The position numbers and the translations under genes were made by a program. The notes below the pieces were generated by a model. That model worked only from the letters and a program-made list of their open reading frames with translations. It ran no database searches and was not told the DNA's origin. From a bacterium (lineage in GTDB: Bacteria > UBA8248), in the NCBI GenBank assembly GCA_965207065.1, contig OZ242260.1, forward strand, positions 1,792,001 to 1,856,000: a stretch of DNA of 64,000 nucleotides, given 5' to 3'. Below are positions 1 through 9,231 of this stretch, in pieces. Numbering within the stretch: the stretch's first letter is position 1; every line of letters starts with the position of its first letter.

Positions 1-2
1 GC

Positions 3-122
3 CCCGACGGCCCCGTCGTCTTCACGGGTTCCTCGCACTACGACGAGTGCATCGAGGATTCGCCGTATTTCGACTTCTCGGCGAAATCGCGCGGCGAGCC
101 TCGCTTCGAGCTTCCCGCGTAG
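3..122 (+). CDS. 3' end of an unidentified CDS running in from the window edge
   Basis: Open frame PDGPVVFTGSSHYDECIEDSPYFDFSAKSRGEPRFELPA* with GC3-rich codons, stop TAG 120-122, followed by a terminator. Confidence 0.6.
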   Translation, partial: PDGPVVFTGSSHYDECIEDSPYFDFSAKSRGEPRFELPA

Positions 123-130
123 CGGTTGTT

Positions 131-180
131 GCTTCCCGTCCGTGTCCCTGCCGCCTGGGACGCGGGCGGGAGCGTTTTTT
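131..180 (+). terminator. Rho-independent terminator
   Basis: Stem GCTTCCCGTCCGTGTCCC / GGGACGCGGGCGGGAGC followed by T6. Confidence 0.7.
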
Positions 181-237
181 CATATTCGCAGTGCAGGGGA
201 AATCGCCTCCCGAAAAGGCGAATAGGAGAATCATGAG

Positions 238-1458
238 ATGAGCGAACCCTGGAACAACGATATGTGGTTCACCAGCCCGTGGAACTTCGAGGGCGAGGTG
301 ACCTCCAATATCAATTTCGATCCCAACCCCAAGATCCACGACGTGACGCTCCGTGACGGTGAGCAGCAGGCGGGCGTCATGTTCAACAAGGACGAGAAGA
401 TAAGAATCGCCGAAGCCCTCGCCGAGACGGGCGTGCACCGAATCGAGGCTGGTATGCCTGTGGTCTCGCCGTCGGACGAAGCGGCGATCCGCGAGATCGT
501 CAAGCGTCTCGAAGGAACGGACACCGAGGTGTTCAGCTTCGCGCGCTGCATGGCGGACGACGTGAAGCGCTCCGCCGACACGGGCGTCAAGGGCGTCGTC
601 ATGGAAGTGCCCAGTTCCACGCACATGATCGAGCGCGCCTACAAGTGGGAGCTCGACAAGGCCATCGACACCTCCGTCAAGGCCACGCAGGTGGCGAAGG
701 AATGCGGCCTCTACACCGTGTTCTTCCCCATCGACTTCTCCCGTGCCCCGCTGGACTGGGTGCTGGGCCTGCTCAAGAAGGTGGCGACCGAGGGCCACAT
801 GGACGCGCTGGCGATCGTCGACACGTTCGGCGTGCTCAGCCCGCACACCGTGCCCTACGTCATCAAGAAGATGCGCGAAGTATTCCCGGACGAGCCCTTC
901 GAACCCCATTTCCACGACGACTACGGAATGGGCGTCGCCAATACGCTGATGGCGATGGCAGAGGGCTGCCAGGTGGCCCAGACTTCCGTGAGCGGCATCG
1001 GCGAACGCGCGGGCAACGCGGCGTATGAGGAACTCGCCCTGGCCATGCTCACCATGTACGACGTGGATATGGGCCTCAAGACGGAGAAGTTCACCGAGGT
1101 CTCGCGTCTCGTGCAGGAGTGCGGGCGCATCAGCTTAGCACCCAACCGCTGCGTCGTGGGCGATAACCTCTACGACATCGAGAGCGGCATCATCGTGAGC
1201 TGGCTCAAGAACTGCGAGAAGGACTTCCCGACCGAACTCGTGCCCTTCCGCGCCGGCCTCGTCGGCCAGAGCGAACCCGAGCCCGTCATCGGCAAGGGCA
1301 GCGGCATCGATTCCATCAATTTGTTCCTGGAGCAGTTGGGCATCACGGCGTCCGAGGAAGAAAAGATGGCGCTCCTGATGGACGTGAAGGAAAAATCCTT
1401 GGAGCTACATCGCCTGCTCACGATGGACGAGTTCAAGGAACTGGCGGGAGCGAATTAG
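238..1458 (+). CDS. DRE-TIM metallolyase (LeuA/homocitrate synthase-like, HMGL-like domain), no C-terminal regulatory domain
   Basis: DVTLRDGEQ motif, HFHDDYG metal ligands, GIGERAGNA; 406 aa; AGGAG RBS. Confidence 0.85.
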   Translation: MSEPWNNDMWFTSPWNFEGEVTSNINFDPNPKIHDVTLRDGEQQAGVMFNKDEKIRIAEALAETGVHRIEAGMPVVSPSDEAAIREIVKRLEGTDTEVFSFARCMADDVKRSADTGVKGVVMEVPSSTHMIERAYKWELDKAIDTSVKATQVAKECGLYTVFFPIDFSRAPLDWVLGLLKKVATEGHMDALAIVDTFGVLSPHTVPYVIKKMREVFPDEPFEPHFHDDYGMGVANTLMAMAEGCQVAQTSVSGIGERAGNAAYEELALAMLTMYDVDMGLKTEKFTEVSRLVQECGRISLAPNRCVVGDNLYDIESGIIVSWLKNCEKDFPTELVPFRAGLVGQSEPEPVIGKGSGIDSINLFLEQLGITASEEEKMALLMDVKEKSLELHRLLTMDEFKELAGAN

Positions 1459-1568
1459 TTTTCACCCCGCATCGCTCGGGGGCGGATGAGCTAGGCCGCG
1501 CCGGTTCGCCGGCCGGACCCGGCGGCCTCAGGCTCTCCGCCCCGATGCGCGGGTTGAAGATTGTACGG

Positions 1569-1601
1569 AAAGGGCGGCTCGAAATGGGCCGCCCTTTTTT
1601 T
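1569..1601 (+). terminator. Rho-independent terminator
   Basis: AAAGGGCGGCTC-GAAAT-GGGCCGCCCTTT plus T-run. Confidence 0.8.
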
Positions 1602-1639
1602 GCGTGAACGCCGGGGGGGCGAAGGATCTCCCGCTATTC

Positions 1640-1962
1640 GGGGTTTTGAAAAAGACCTTATTTCATGATTCGGCGCATAGAGCCGACCGGGAAAAAGGAG
1701 ATTTCACTCCCCCCTTGAGGGGGAGTCGAAGAGCTGAGGGCGTAAGCCCGAAAGCGATTCGGTGGGGGGTATAACTCGGAGTGGCGATAAAACGCGATTC
1801 ACCCCCCACCGATTCAGCCTTCGCATAAACCGCTCGGCTTCATCGACTCCCCCTCAAGGGGGGAGTGGTTGGTTGGCGCTCTGCAAGGAAGAAGTAAAGT
1901 TTCATCCCTCCCTGGTCGGCTTCATGCTTGGAATCACGAAACCGGAACTTTTCAACAACCCC
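1640..1962. repeat. Composite palindromic MITE/REP-like element with ~65-nt imperfect inverted arms enclosing a 163-nt palindromic unit (1705-1867)
   Basis: Ends GGGGTTTTGAAAAAG / CTTTTCAACAACCCC; arms 1640-1704 and 1894-1962 are reverse-complement similar; inner unit bounded by CACTCCCCCCTTGAGGGGGAGTCGA and its inverse. Confidence 0.75.
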
Positions 1963-2131
1963 TCAAGGGGGGAGTAATTTTTCCCTCATCAGGCGCGTCA
2001 AGCCTTCGTTCATAGAGATTTATCAACAACACAATCACGGGACCTTTTCCGGGCGATGGACTTAAGCCTTCCTCTTCTTTATCATTTCCGCATCAAACAG
2101 ATATCGACTCCCCGCACCGGAGGATTCCCCC

Positions 2132-2854
2132 ATGACGGATTGGAAGAAAAAGCTCGGCTTCATCGTTCCATCCTGGAACACGGTGATGGAGTACGAATGC
2201 CAGCGCATGGCGCCTGAGGGCGTATCGGTCCACTTCACGCGCATCGCCCACACGGACGATGAGGAAGAAACCCTCCTGCACATGATAGAGGTGGTGCCCG
2301 AACTCGCCGATCTGCTCGGCCACGCGAGTCTCGACGCCATCTGCTTCGGCTGCACCGGCGGCAGCTTCGTGCGTCCGGGCATGGATGACGACATCATCGA
2401 GGTCATCCAGGAGCGAACCGGGGTTCCCGCCACCACGACCTCCACCGCTCTCACCGAGGCCATGCGCGAGATGGGCGTCGCCAGGGTGGCGCTCGCCTCC
2501 CCCTATCCCCAGTGGCTGAACGAGCGGCTCACGGTGTTCCTGAAAGAAAAGGGAATCGAGGTGGTGGCCGAGAGAGGCCAGAACGTCGAGTGCCCCGCCT
2601 TCCTGCCGCCCGAGAACTCGGAAGCTCTCGCGCGCGAGGTGGACTGCGCCGAGGCGGACGGCATCTTCATCAGCTGCACGAACTTCCGCTCGCTCGAATC
2701 GGTGGATGTACTCGAAGCCGCGCTTGGGAAACCTGTGCTCACGAGCAACACCACGGCCATGTGGCACACGCTACGGGTGGCGGGCTTCGAGGGAGAAGCC
2801 ACAGCAGGCGGCGCGCTCATGCGCGAGCATCTCGCACCCGCCCGGCGCGCGTAG
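2132..2854 (+). CDS. Maleate cis-trans isomerase / Asp-Glu racemase superfamily protein
   Basis: GFIVPSWNTVME start; two catalytic Cys motifs FGCTGGS and ISCTN; PVLTSN. Confidence 0.85.
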   Translation: MTDWKKKLGFIVPSWNTVMEYECQRMAPEGVSVHFTRIAHTDDEEETLLHMIEVVPELADLLGHASLDAICFGCTGGSFVRPGMDDDIIEVIQERTGVPATTTSTALTEAMREMGVARVALASPYPQWLNERLTVFLKEKGIEVVAERGQNVECPAFLPPENSEALAREVDCAEADGIFISCTNFRSLESVDVLEAALGKPVLTSNTTAMWHTLRVAGFEGEATAGGALMREHLAPARRA

Positions 2855-2861
2855 GTCTTTT

Positions 2862-4025
2862 ATGGACGAGGGGAGCCGCCGCGGCCAGCAGTGGGTGACC
2901 GAGGAGTTCTATAAGGTTCACGACGTCTACGCCTTCCGCTCGGTGATGTACGTGGAATGGGGCTTCCGGCCCGCCGACGTGAGGAGAACCACCGAGCGCA
3001 TCAAGACGCCAGGCTCCGTGCCCAAGGAGTGGGCGCGCACCGCCGCCCAGGAAGAAGCGCTCGCGAGAGAAGCCGAAGCCGCCGGCCACCGCGAATCGGC
3101 GGCGGAGTTCTACCACCGCGCAGCGCTTTATTACGGCCCCGCCTGCGGCGTCATCCACAAGAACACACCGCAGAAGCTCGAACTTTACGGAAAGATGATC
3201 GCCTGCTACGAGAAGTTCATCGAGCTTTTCGACGAGGCCCCCGTGGAGCGCGTGGAGATTCCCTTCGAGAACGGAAAGACGATTCCGGGCATTTTGCAGA
3301 CCGTGCCGGGGGTGGAGCGCGCGCCCTGCGTCATCATTGTACCGGGGATGGACACCATCAAGGAGTTTCTCCCCAATCCCTATCACAACCATTTCAGGCG
3401 GCGCGGCCTCGCCACGCTCAGCATCGACGGCCCCGGCCAGGGGGAGAGCAACACGCGCGAGACCTGGGTGACGCTGGACAACTTCGAGCGCGCGGGCTCG
3501 GCCGCCATCGACTATCTCGAATCACGCCCCGAGGTGGACGCCGAGCGAATTGGCCTCTACGGCTGGAGCATGGGCAGCTACTGGGGGCCGCGCGTGGCGG
3601 CGCACGATGCGCGCTTAAAGGCCTGCGTGGGCGCGATGGGCGTCTACCTCCAGAAGGACTCCATCTTCAAGAGCGGAAAGCCCGCCTACCGCGCGAACTA
3701 CAAGTACATGTCCGACACCTATGATGAGGACGCCTTCGACGCCATGGCCGGGCAGATGACGCTCGAGGGCGTCGCGGGTGACATCAAGTGTCCCACCCTG
3801 CTCGCGATGGGCGAGTTCGACGAGCTTTGTCCCTTGGAGGACGCCGAGCGGCTCTTCGACCTCCTGGGCGGCCCCAGGGAGCTTTGGGTGTATGAGAACG
3901 AAACCCACACGATGGGCGGACGCCTGCCCGATTTCTACCTCATGGTGGCCGACTGGCTCCGCGACGCCATAGACGGCAAGTTCAGTCCCGACCACGCCGT
4001 GCGCCGCTTCTTCGAGGCGCGCTGA
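2862..4025 (+). CDS. Alpha/beta hydrolase (FrsA/DUF1100, 2,6-dihydroxypseudooxynicotine hydrolase-like)
   Basis: PGMDTIKE, DGPGQGES, nucleophile elbow GWSMG, D and H candidates (EFDELC, ETH); start placed at ATG 7 nt after the upstream stop. Confidence 0.8.
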   Translation: MDEGSRRGQQWVTEEFYKVHDVYAFRSVMYVEWGFRPADVRRTTERIKTPGSVPKEWARTAAQEEALAREAEAAGHRESAAEFYHRAALYYGPACGVIHKNTPQKLELYGKMIACYEKFIELFDEAPVERVEIPFENGKTIPGILQTVPGVERAPCVIIVPGMDTIKEFLPNPYHNHFRRRGLATLSIDGPGQGESNTRETWVTLDNFERAGSAAIDYLESRPEVDAERIGLYGWSMGSYWGPRVAAHDARLKACVGAMGVYLQKDSIFKSGKPAYRANYKYMSDTYDEDAFDAMAGQMTLEGVAGDIKCPTLLAMGEFDELCPLEDAERLFDLLGGPRELWVYENETHTMGGRLPDFYLMVADWLRDAIDGKFSPDHAVRRFFEAR

Positions 4026-4181
4026 GGAGAATTTCATTCAGGGGTGGGTGCGAAAGGGTATCAACGGCTTTTAAGGATTGTCCCAAACCCCGCTTTTCCA
4101 TATCGCCTCGATGCCGTATTCTTGGGCCTTTGCGATTCCCATTTTTCCAAAACGTAACCTCATGTTCTGACGGAGAATTTC

Positions 4182-5210
4182 ATGAAAGCGGCTTTGCTTG
4201 AAAAAACGCGCGTGATGAGCGTGGGCGATCAGCCCGACCCCGGCCTGCCCGCCGACCACGCGCTGGTGCGGGTGGCCACGTCGGCCATCTGCGGCACGGA
4301 CGTATCCATCTGGGCCGGAAAAATGCCCGCGCGCATCCCCTTGATTCCCGGCCACGAGTGCACGGGCACGGTGGAGCAGGTCGGCGAGAGCGTCACGCGC
4401 CTGAAAGTGGGCGACCGGGTGGTGCTGAACCCGCTGTCGAGTTGCGGGACTTGTTTCTACTGCGTGCGCGGGCTGACGAACATCTGCCTGCACGGCGGAT
4501 TGAGAGGCCGCGAGGTGCCGGGCACTTTCGCCGAGTACATCGCCGTGCGAGAGACCGAAGCCTTCGCCTTTCCCGAGCAGGTGAGTTTCGCCGCGGCGAC
4601 GAACTTCGTGGGTCTTTACACGGTCGTCTACAGTCAGAGAAAAGCGCCTTATATCGCGGGTTCGCGCGTGGCCGTCCTGGGGCAGGGGAGCAGCGGCCTG
4701 CTCCATACGCAGTTGGCGAAAGTGTCGGGAGCGGCGTCCGTCATCGCCGTGACGAGGAGCAAGTGGAAGCTGGAGGTGGCGAAAGAGATGGGCGCGGATG
4801 AAATCGTGCCCGCGGGCGAGGTGGACCCCGTCGAAGCCGTGCGTGAGCTCACCGACGGCCTGGGGGCCGACATCGTCATCGAGACGGCGGGCGCCGCCGA
4901 GACCATGGTGCAGGCCTACGAGATGGTGCGGCCCGGCGGCGCGATTTTGCAGTTCGGCATCGGGCCCGCGCAGGTAGACGGAGTACCGGGCCAGGCCTAT
5001 TACTTCAAGGATCTGACCGTCATCGGCTCGCGCGCGGGCCTGCCGGAGGATTTCGAGAGCGCCATCCGCCTGGTGGCGACCGGGCAAATCGACCTCGAAC
5101 CCCTCGTCACCCACCATTTCGCGCTCGATGAGATTCAAAAAGGCTTCGAGTTCGTCGATGCGGGCGGAGACGGCGGCACACTCCGGGCGGTGATCGAGAT
5201 AGCGAACTGA
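4182..5210 (+). CDS. Zinc-dependent medium-chain alcohol dehydrogenase
   Basis: AICGTD, GHECTG, structural Zn CxxCxxC...C, Rossmann GQGSSG. Confidence 0.9.
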   Translation: MKAALLEKTRVMSVGDQPDPGLPADHALVRVATSAICGTDVSIWAGKMPARIPLIPGHECTGTVEQVGESVTRLKVGDRVVLNPLSSCGTCFYCVRGLTNICLHGGLRGREVPGTFAEYIAVRETEAFAFPEQVSFAAATNFVGLYTVVYSQRKAPYIAGSRVAVLGQGSSGLLHTQLAKVSGAASVIAVTRSKWKLEVAKEMGADEIVPAGEVDPVEAVRELTDGLGADIVIETAGAAETMVQAYEMVRPGGAILQFGIGPAQVDGVPGQAYYFKDLTVIGSRAGLPEDFESAIRLVATGQIDLEPLVTHHFALDEIQKGFEFVDAGGDGGTLRAVIEIAN

Positions 5211-5232
5211 CGCCCGCCAACTTGCGCGGGCG

Positions 5233-5423
5233 GGGTTGTTGAAAGAGCCCTCGCAGGGGGCGTCGCCTTTACCCCCGTGGCAAGGGGCCGGGGGGTTGGT
5301 TTGGTAGGGGCCGCATATCATGCGGCCCGTTCGGGGGCGGCGTGAAAAATCCGGGTCGCATGTATGTCAGACATATATGTCTGACCTGCAAACCCCCTCC
5401 TCGGGGGGCTTTTTCAACAACCC
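5233..5423. repeat. MITE-like element with 18-bp terminal inverted repeats enclosing GTAG-type REP palindromes
   Basis: GGGTTGTTGAAAGAGCCC (5233-5250) vs GGGCTTTTTCAACAACCC (5406-5423), 17/18 match; internal palindromes at 5304-5328 and 5362-5389. Confidence 0.7.
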
Positions 5424-5455
5424 TGCGCTTGGCTCCGGCGAACAAGGAGGTTGTC

Positions 5456-6328
5456 ATGTCTTTTGAGCACCCATACATTCGAATTGCCAACGTGACGCCC
5501 GAGAAACTGGACGAGAAAGAGGGCTGGAGCGTCTCCGATTTCCGGGTCGTCGTCAGCGGGAAGGAGGGTTCCTCCTCCATCATGTACCACGCCACCCTGG
5601 CCCCGGGTGATCGCCACCACAAGCACCGCTACGAGAACTGCCAGATGCAGTATTACGTCGTGAGCGGCCACGGCCTGGCGGGAGCCGGGGAGGACCGCGT
5701 GGAGGTGCACGCGGGCCACTTCCACCAGATTCCGAAGGGCGTGGAGCACTGGCTCGTGAACCTGGGCCGGCACGATCCCCTGGTCATCATCGGGTTCTAC
5801 GACCGCGTTCCCTATCTGAAGGACACCGGCCGCGTCTATCTCGGCGATATCACCGAGGCCGACCTCACCGCCCCGCGCACGCTGAGCGCCGCCGCCCTGC
5901 AGCATCCCCTCGTGCACAACGACGAGGTTCCCCACGTCAAGGTGTCGCACGAGGAGGGTTGGACGCAGGATTACTTCAACGAGCCGCTCAACCGCAGCGT
6001 CGGGGCGGGCTCGTGCTGGATGCAGGGCTACTTCGGCCCCAAAACCGTGCACATGAAGCACCGCCACAACAACTGCGAGGAAATATGCTACATCTTGAAG
6101 GGCCGCGGCCTGGCCGGAATCGGGAAAGATCGCGGGGAAGTGTTCGCAGGCGACGTGAACTACATGCCCGCCGGGGTGGAGCACTGGCTCGCGAACATCA
6201 GCGATACCGAAGACCTCTCGGCTCCCGGCTGGTACATCGGGGTGGGCGGACTGGATGAGAGCGGTTTTGAATACTTGGGCCCCGTGACGGATGAAGACCT
6301 GAAACAGCGAACGGGCGCTATCGAATAG
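5456..6328 (+). CDS. Bicupin (two cupin domains) protein, paralog 1
   Basis: Two repeats with H-x-K-H-R-(Y/H)-x-N-C-(Q/E) and P-x-G-V-E-H-W motifs; AAGGAGG RBS before ATG 5456. Confidence 0.8.
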   Translation: MSFEHPYIRIANVTPEKLDEKEGWSVSDFRVVVSGKEGSSSIMYHATLAPGDRHHKHRYENCQMQYYVVSGHGLAGAGEDRVEVHAGHFHQIPKGVEHWLVNLGRHDPLVIIGFYDRVPYLKDTGRVYLGDITEADLTAPRTLSAAALQHPLVHNDEVPHVKVSHEEGWTQDYFNEPLNRSVGAGSCWMQGYFGPKTVHMKHRHNNCEEICYILKGRGLAGIGKDRGEVFAGDVNYMPAGVEHWLANISDTEDLSAPGWYIGVGGLDESGFEYLGPVTDEDLKQRTGAIE

Positions 6329-6368
6329 ATCTTCCCTGTAGAACAACCATTTTGTGAGGAACTTGTCT

Positions 6369-7226
6369 ATGCCGCTTCAATACCCCCTGATCCACGTCGA
6401 CGACGTTACGCCCGAGAAGATGGAAGAAAAGGAAGGCTGGGCGATCTCGGAGTTCCGTCTGCCCATCACAGGCGCGCACGGGAGCTCGACGACCGTCTTT
6501 CACTCCATCTTCCGGCCTGGCTCCACCCACGCGAAGCATCTCCATACCGAGTGCGAGGAAATCGCGGTCTATTTGAAGGGCCACGGCGTAGTCGGCCAGG
6601 GCGACCAACGCGCCGAGGTGCGCGAGGGCCACTGCCGCCTCATGCCGAAGGGGTCGACGCATTTCTTCTACAACGAGACGAAAGACGAGGAGGCGATGGT
6701 GGTCGGCTTCTACCTCGGCGCGCCGAGCGTGGCGGGCACGGGCTATGAGTTCCACGGCGACGTGACCCGGGCCGACCTCGACATGCCGCGCGAGGGGCTG
6801 ACCGAGGGAATCCTGGTGCACCTCGACGACGTGCAGCCCGAGAACATGAACGAGGGGGAGGGCTGGTCGATCACCGACTTCAGGCTCCCTCTGTGTGGGC
6901 GCAACGGCAGCGACACGACGCTGTTCCGCGCGCGCTTTTTCCCGGGCGCGGTTCACAAGAAGCACAGGCACGACAACTGCGAGGAGATCTACTACATCAT
7001 CAGCGGCCACGGCCTGGCGGGCGCGGGGCCGGATCGCGTGGAGGTGCGCGGCGGTCACTTCCACTACATCCCCAAAGGGGTGGAGCACTGGCTCCACAAC
7101 CTGAGCGACACCGAGCCCATCGAGGCGGTGGGCATCTACATCGGCAGCGGGAGCGTGGAGGAGACGGGCTACGTCTACATGGGCGACGTGACCGAAGAGG
7201 ACATCAAGGCGCGGACGCCGCTGTAG
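6369..7226 (+). CDS. Bicupin protein, paralog 2
   Basis: HAKHLHTECEE and HKKHRHDNCEE cupin motif 1; PKGSTHF and PKGVEHW motif 2; GAGGA RBS. Confidence 0.8.
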   Translation: MPLQYPLIHVDDVTPEKMEEKEGWAISEFRLPITGAHGSSTTVFHSIFRPGSTHAKHLHTECEEIAVYLKGHGVVGQGDQRAEVREGHCRLMPKGSTHFFYNETKDEEAMVVGFYLGAPSVAGTGYEFHGDVTRADLDMPREGLTEGILVHLDDVQPENMNEGEGWSITDFRLPLCGRNGSDTTLFRARFFPGAVHKKHRHDNCEEIYYIISGHGLAGAGPDRVEVRGGHFHYIPKGVEHWLHNLSDTEPIEAVGIYIGSGSVEETGYVYMGDVTEEDIKARTPL

Positions 7227-7374
7227 CCGATTATGGGTGCTCTCAAGGCCCGGCGGAATATGGGATTCGTGCGCCATGTGTTTTATCTTTTGCCTTTTGC
7301 GCACGTCGTGGTATTCTTGAGGGGCATGGGGAATTGGCGCATATATACGAGACAAATCTTTCGGGAGTGATGTC

Positions 7375-7923
7375 ATGAAGATAACCGAGGCGGCAGCCGA
7401 TAAAGTCAAGGAAATCATGGAGCAAAACGGTGGAGGCTTCGCCGGAATCCTCATCAGCTTCGAGGGCGGCTACAAGCTCGATCTGGTGAAGGATGAGGAT
7501 GCGGCCGAATACATCCGGGTGGAGAACCCCCTGCTGGGCGTTTTCGCCTCGCCCGAGCATGTCGACAGAGCTGAGAAGGCCCAGATCGAGTTCGTGACCG
7601 AAGGCCCCACGAGCGGGTTCAAGGTGACGCGCGAGATGACGGAGGGCGATACGTCCCTCCTGGAGCAGATTCAGGAGATCATCGACACGGAGATTAACCC
7701 GGCGGTGGCTTCCCACGGCGGCGTCATCAACCTGCTCGACGTGGAGGAAAAGCGCGTGTTCGTGCAGATGGGCGGCGGCTGCGCGGGCTGCGGCATGGCG
7801 GACGTGACGCTCAAGTCAGGCGTCGAGGCGCGCTTACAGCAATTAGACCCCGAGATTCAGGTGATCGACACCACCGACCACGCCTCGGGTGCGAACCCCT
7901 ACTACGCGCCGACGAAAAAATAG
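7375..7923 (+). CDS. nfuA: NfuA-like Fe-S cluster carrier (degenerate A-type N-domain plus NifU C-domain)
   Basis: MKITEAAADKVK start; EINPAVASHGG and GGGCAGCG (CxxC); DTTDHASGANPYY C-terminus. Confidence 0.8.
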   Translation: MKITEAAADKVKEIMEQNGGGFAGILISFEGGYKLDLVKDEDAAEYIRVENPLLGVFASPEHVDRAEKAQIEFVTEGPTSGFKVTREMTEGDTSLLEQIQEIIDTEINPAVASHGGVINLLDVEEKRVFVQMGGGCAGCGMADVTLKSGVEARLQQLDPEIQVIDTTDHASGANPYYAPTKK

Positions 7924-7938
7924 TTTTAGCGAAAGCAT

Positions 7939-7969
7939 AAAGGGGCCGGCCATATGGTCGGCCCTTTTT
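7939..7969. terminator. Bidirectional Rho-independent terminator between convergent genes
   Basis: AAAGGGGCCGGCCA-T-ATGGTCGGCCCTTTTT. Confidence 0.75.
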
Positions 7970-7977
7970 CTTTGGGC

Positions 7978-9231
7978 TTATTCCCCGATATCGAAGCGGA
8001 GTTTCTCATGCGCCGCGCGCAGGGCGGCTTCCACCTCTTCGGGCCGCTCTCCTTTTGCGAAGATGAAGCCCAGATATCTCTCTCCCTCTGGCAGCGGTAC
8101 GACGCGCCCGCCGATGTGGATGGAAATGTCGACCTCCACGACGCCGGGTACGGTCAGAGCTTCGTCTTTGCCCTCGACCCCCTTCAGCACCCCCTCACCG
8201 GGTATGGGAATCATCATGACGCCGGAAGCCTTTTTCTCACGCTCCATGGATGGAGGCGCTACGCCGAGGGCCTGGGAAAGGATGAGGCATTCGAGCGAGG
8301 CGCCGCCCCCGAACTCGAGTGCGCCCGAGCATTTCCCGCCAATGGAGCGGCTCGCCACGTCGATCACCCGTATTTCGCCCGCATCGTTGATTCTCAGTTC
8401 CGCGTGAAGTGGCCCCTCGCGCAGGCGGATGGCGCGGGCGGCGCGGGTGGTTTCCTCACGAATACGATTTTGCGTCTCATCGGGCAGCCGAGAGGGCGTG
8501 ACGTAGATGGTTTCCTCGAAAAAAGGGCCTTCCAGCGGGTCGGGCTTGTCGAAAATCGCGAGAATGTGCACCTCACCACGCACGACGAGGCCTTCGACCG
8601 CCACCTCTATGCCCTCCAGGTAATCCTCCACCAGGATCATCTCCGCCTCGGCGCCGCCGCGGGCGATGGTTTCTGGATCTTCGAGTATCGCGCCGACCCG
8701 GCGGTAGGCATCTGCGAATTCGGCCTCGTCGTTCGCGCGAATCACGCCCCGGCTGGCGGCGAGAAAGGTGGGTTTCAAAACACAGGGGTAGCGGATGCCC
8801 TCTGCGATTATCTCCGGCTCCTCCTGGGCGGAGACGAGGCGGAACGAGGGCGAAGGCAGGCCTTCTTCCGAGAGGACTTTTCTCAGTTCGTACTTGCTCC
8901 GCGTCGTGCGCGAGGCTTCCACGGGATGGTAGGGCAGCCCCAGCGCCTCGGCGGCCATCGCGCCGAGGATGAGCGTGTCGTCATCCACCGGTGCTATCGC
9001 GTCGAGCGGGAACTGACTTGCGAACGAACTGATGAGGGCGGCGCCCGCTTCCGGTTCGTTGTAATCGAGCGTGATGGAGCCGCCCGGGTTCAGCCCGGCC
9101 AGAAGGTCGGGCCGGTCGGTTCCCACTGTGACCCGGACGCCCATCTCCTGAGCCGCCGCCATGTAGGCGGACGCGCGGTAGGTGGCCGTCGTCATCAACA
9201 GGAGAACGCGCTCTCCTTCTTCAGGTGGCAT
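7978..9231 (-). CDS. ATP-grasp domain protein
   Basis: SKYELR, PCVLKP...ASRGV, LVEDYLEGIEVAVEG, HAELR, IDVASRSIGG; start uncertain (9231 or 9243). Confidence 0.8.
   Translation of the reverse strand: MPPEEGERVLLLMTTATYRASAYMAAAQEMGVRVTVGTDRPDLLAGLNPGGSITLDYNEPEAGAALISSFASQFPLDAIAPVDDDTLILGAMAAEALGLPYHPVEASRTTRSKYELRKVLSEEGLPSPSFRLVSAQEEPEIIAEGIRYPCVLKPTFLAASRGVIRANDEAEFADAYRRVGAILEDPETIARGGAEAEMILVEDYLEGIEVAVEGLVVRGEVHILAIFDKPDPLEGPFFEETIYVTPSRLPDETQNRIREETTRAARAIRLREGPLHAELRINDAGEIRVIDVASRSIGGKCSGALEFGGGASLECLILSQALGVAPPSMEREKKASGVMMIPIPGEGVLKGVEGKDEALTVPGVVEVDISIHIGGRVVPLPEGERYLGFIFAKGERPEEVEAALRAAHEKLRFDIGE

Noticed and set aside
1640-2031. CRISPR array or coding ORF (1762-1977) in the repeat region
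   Set aside because: Repeats are inverted, not regularly spaced direct repeats with spacers; no cas genes; the ORF is a translation of palindromic DNA.
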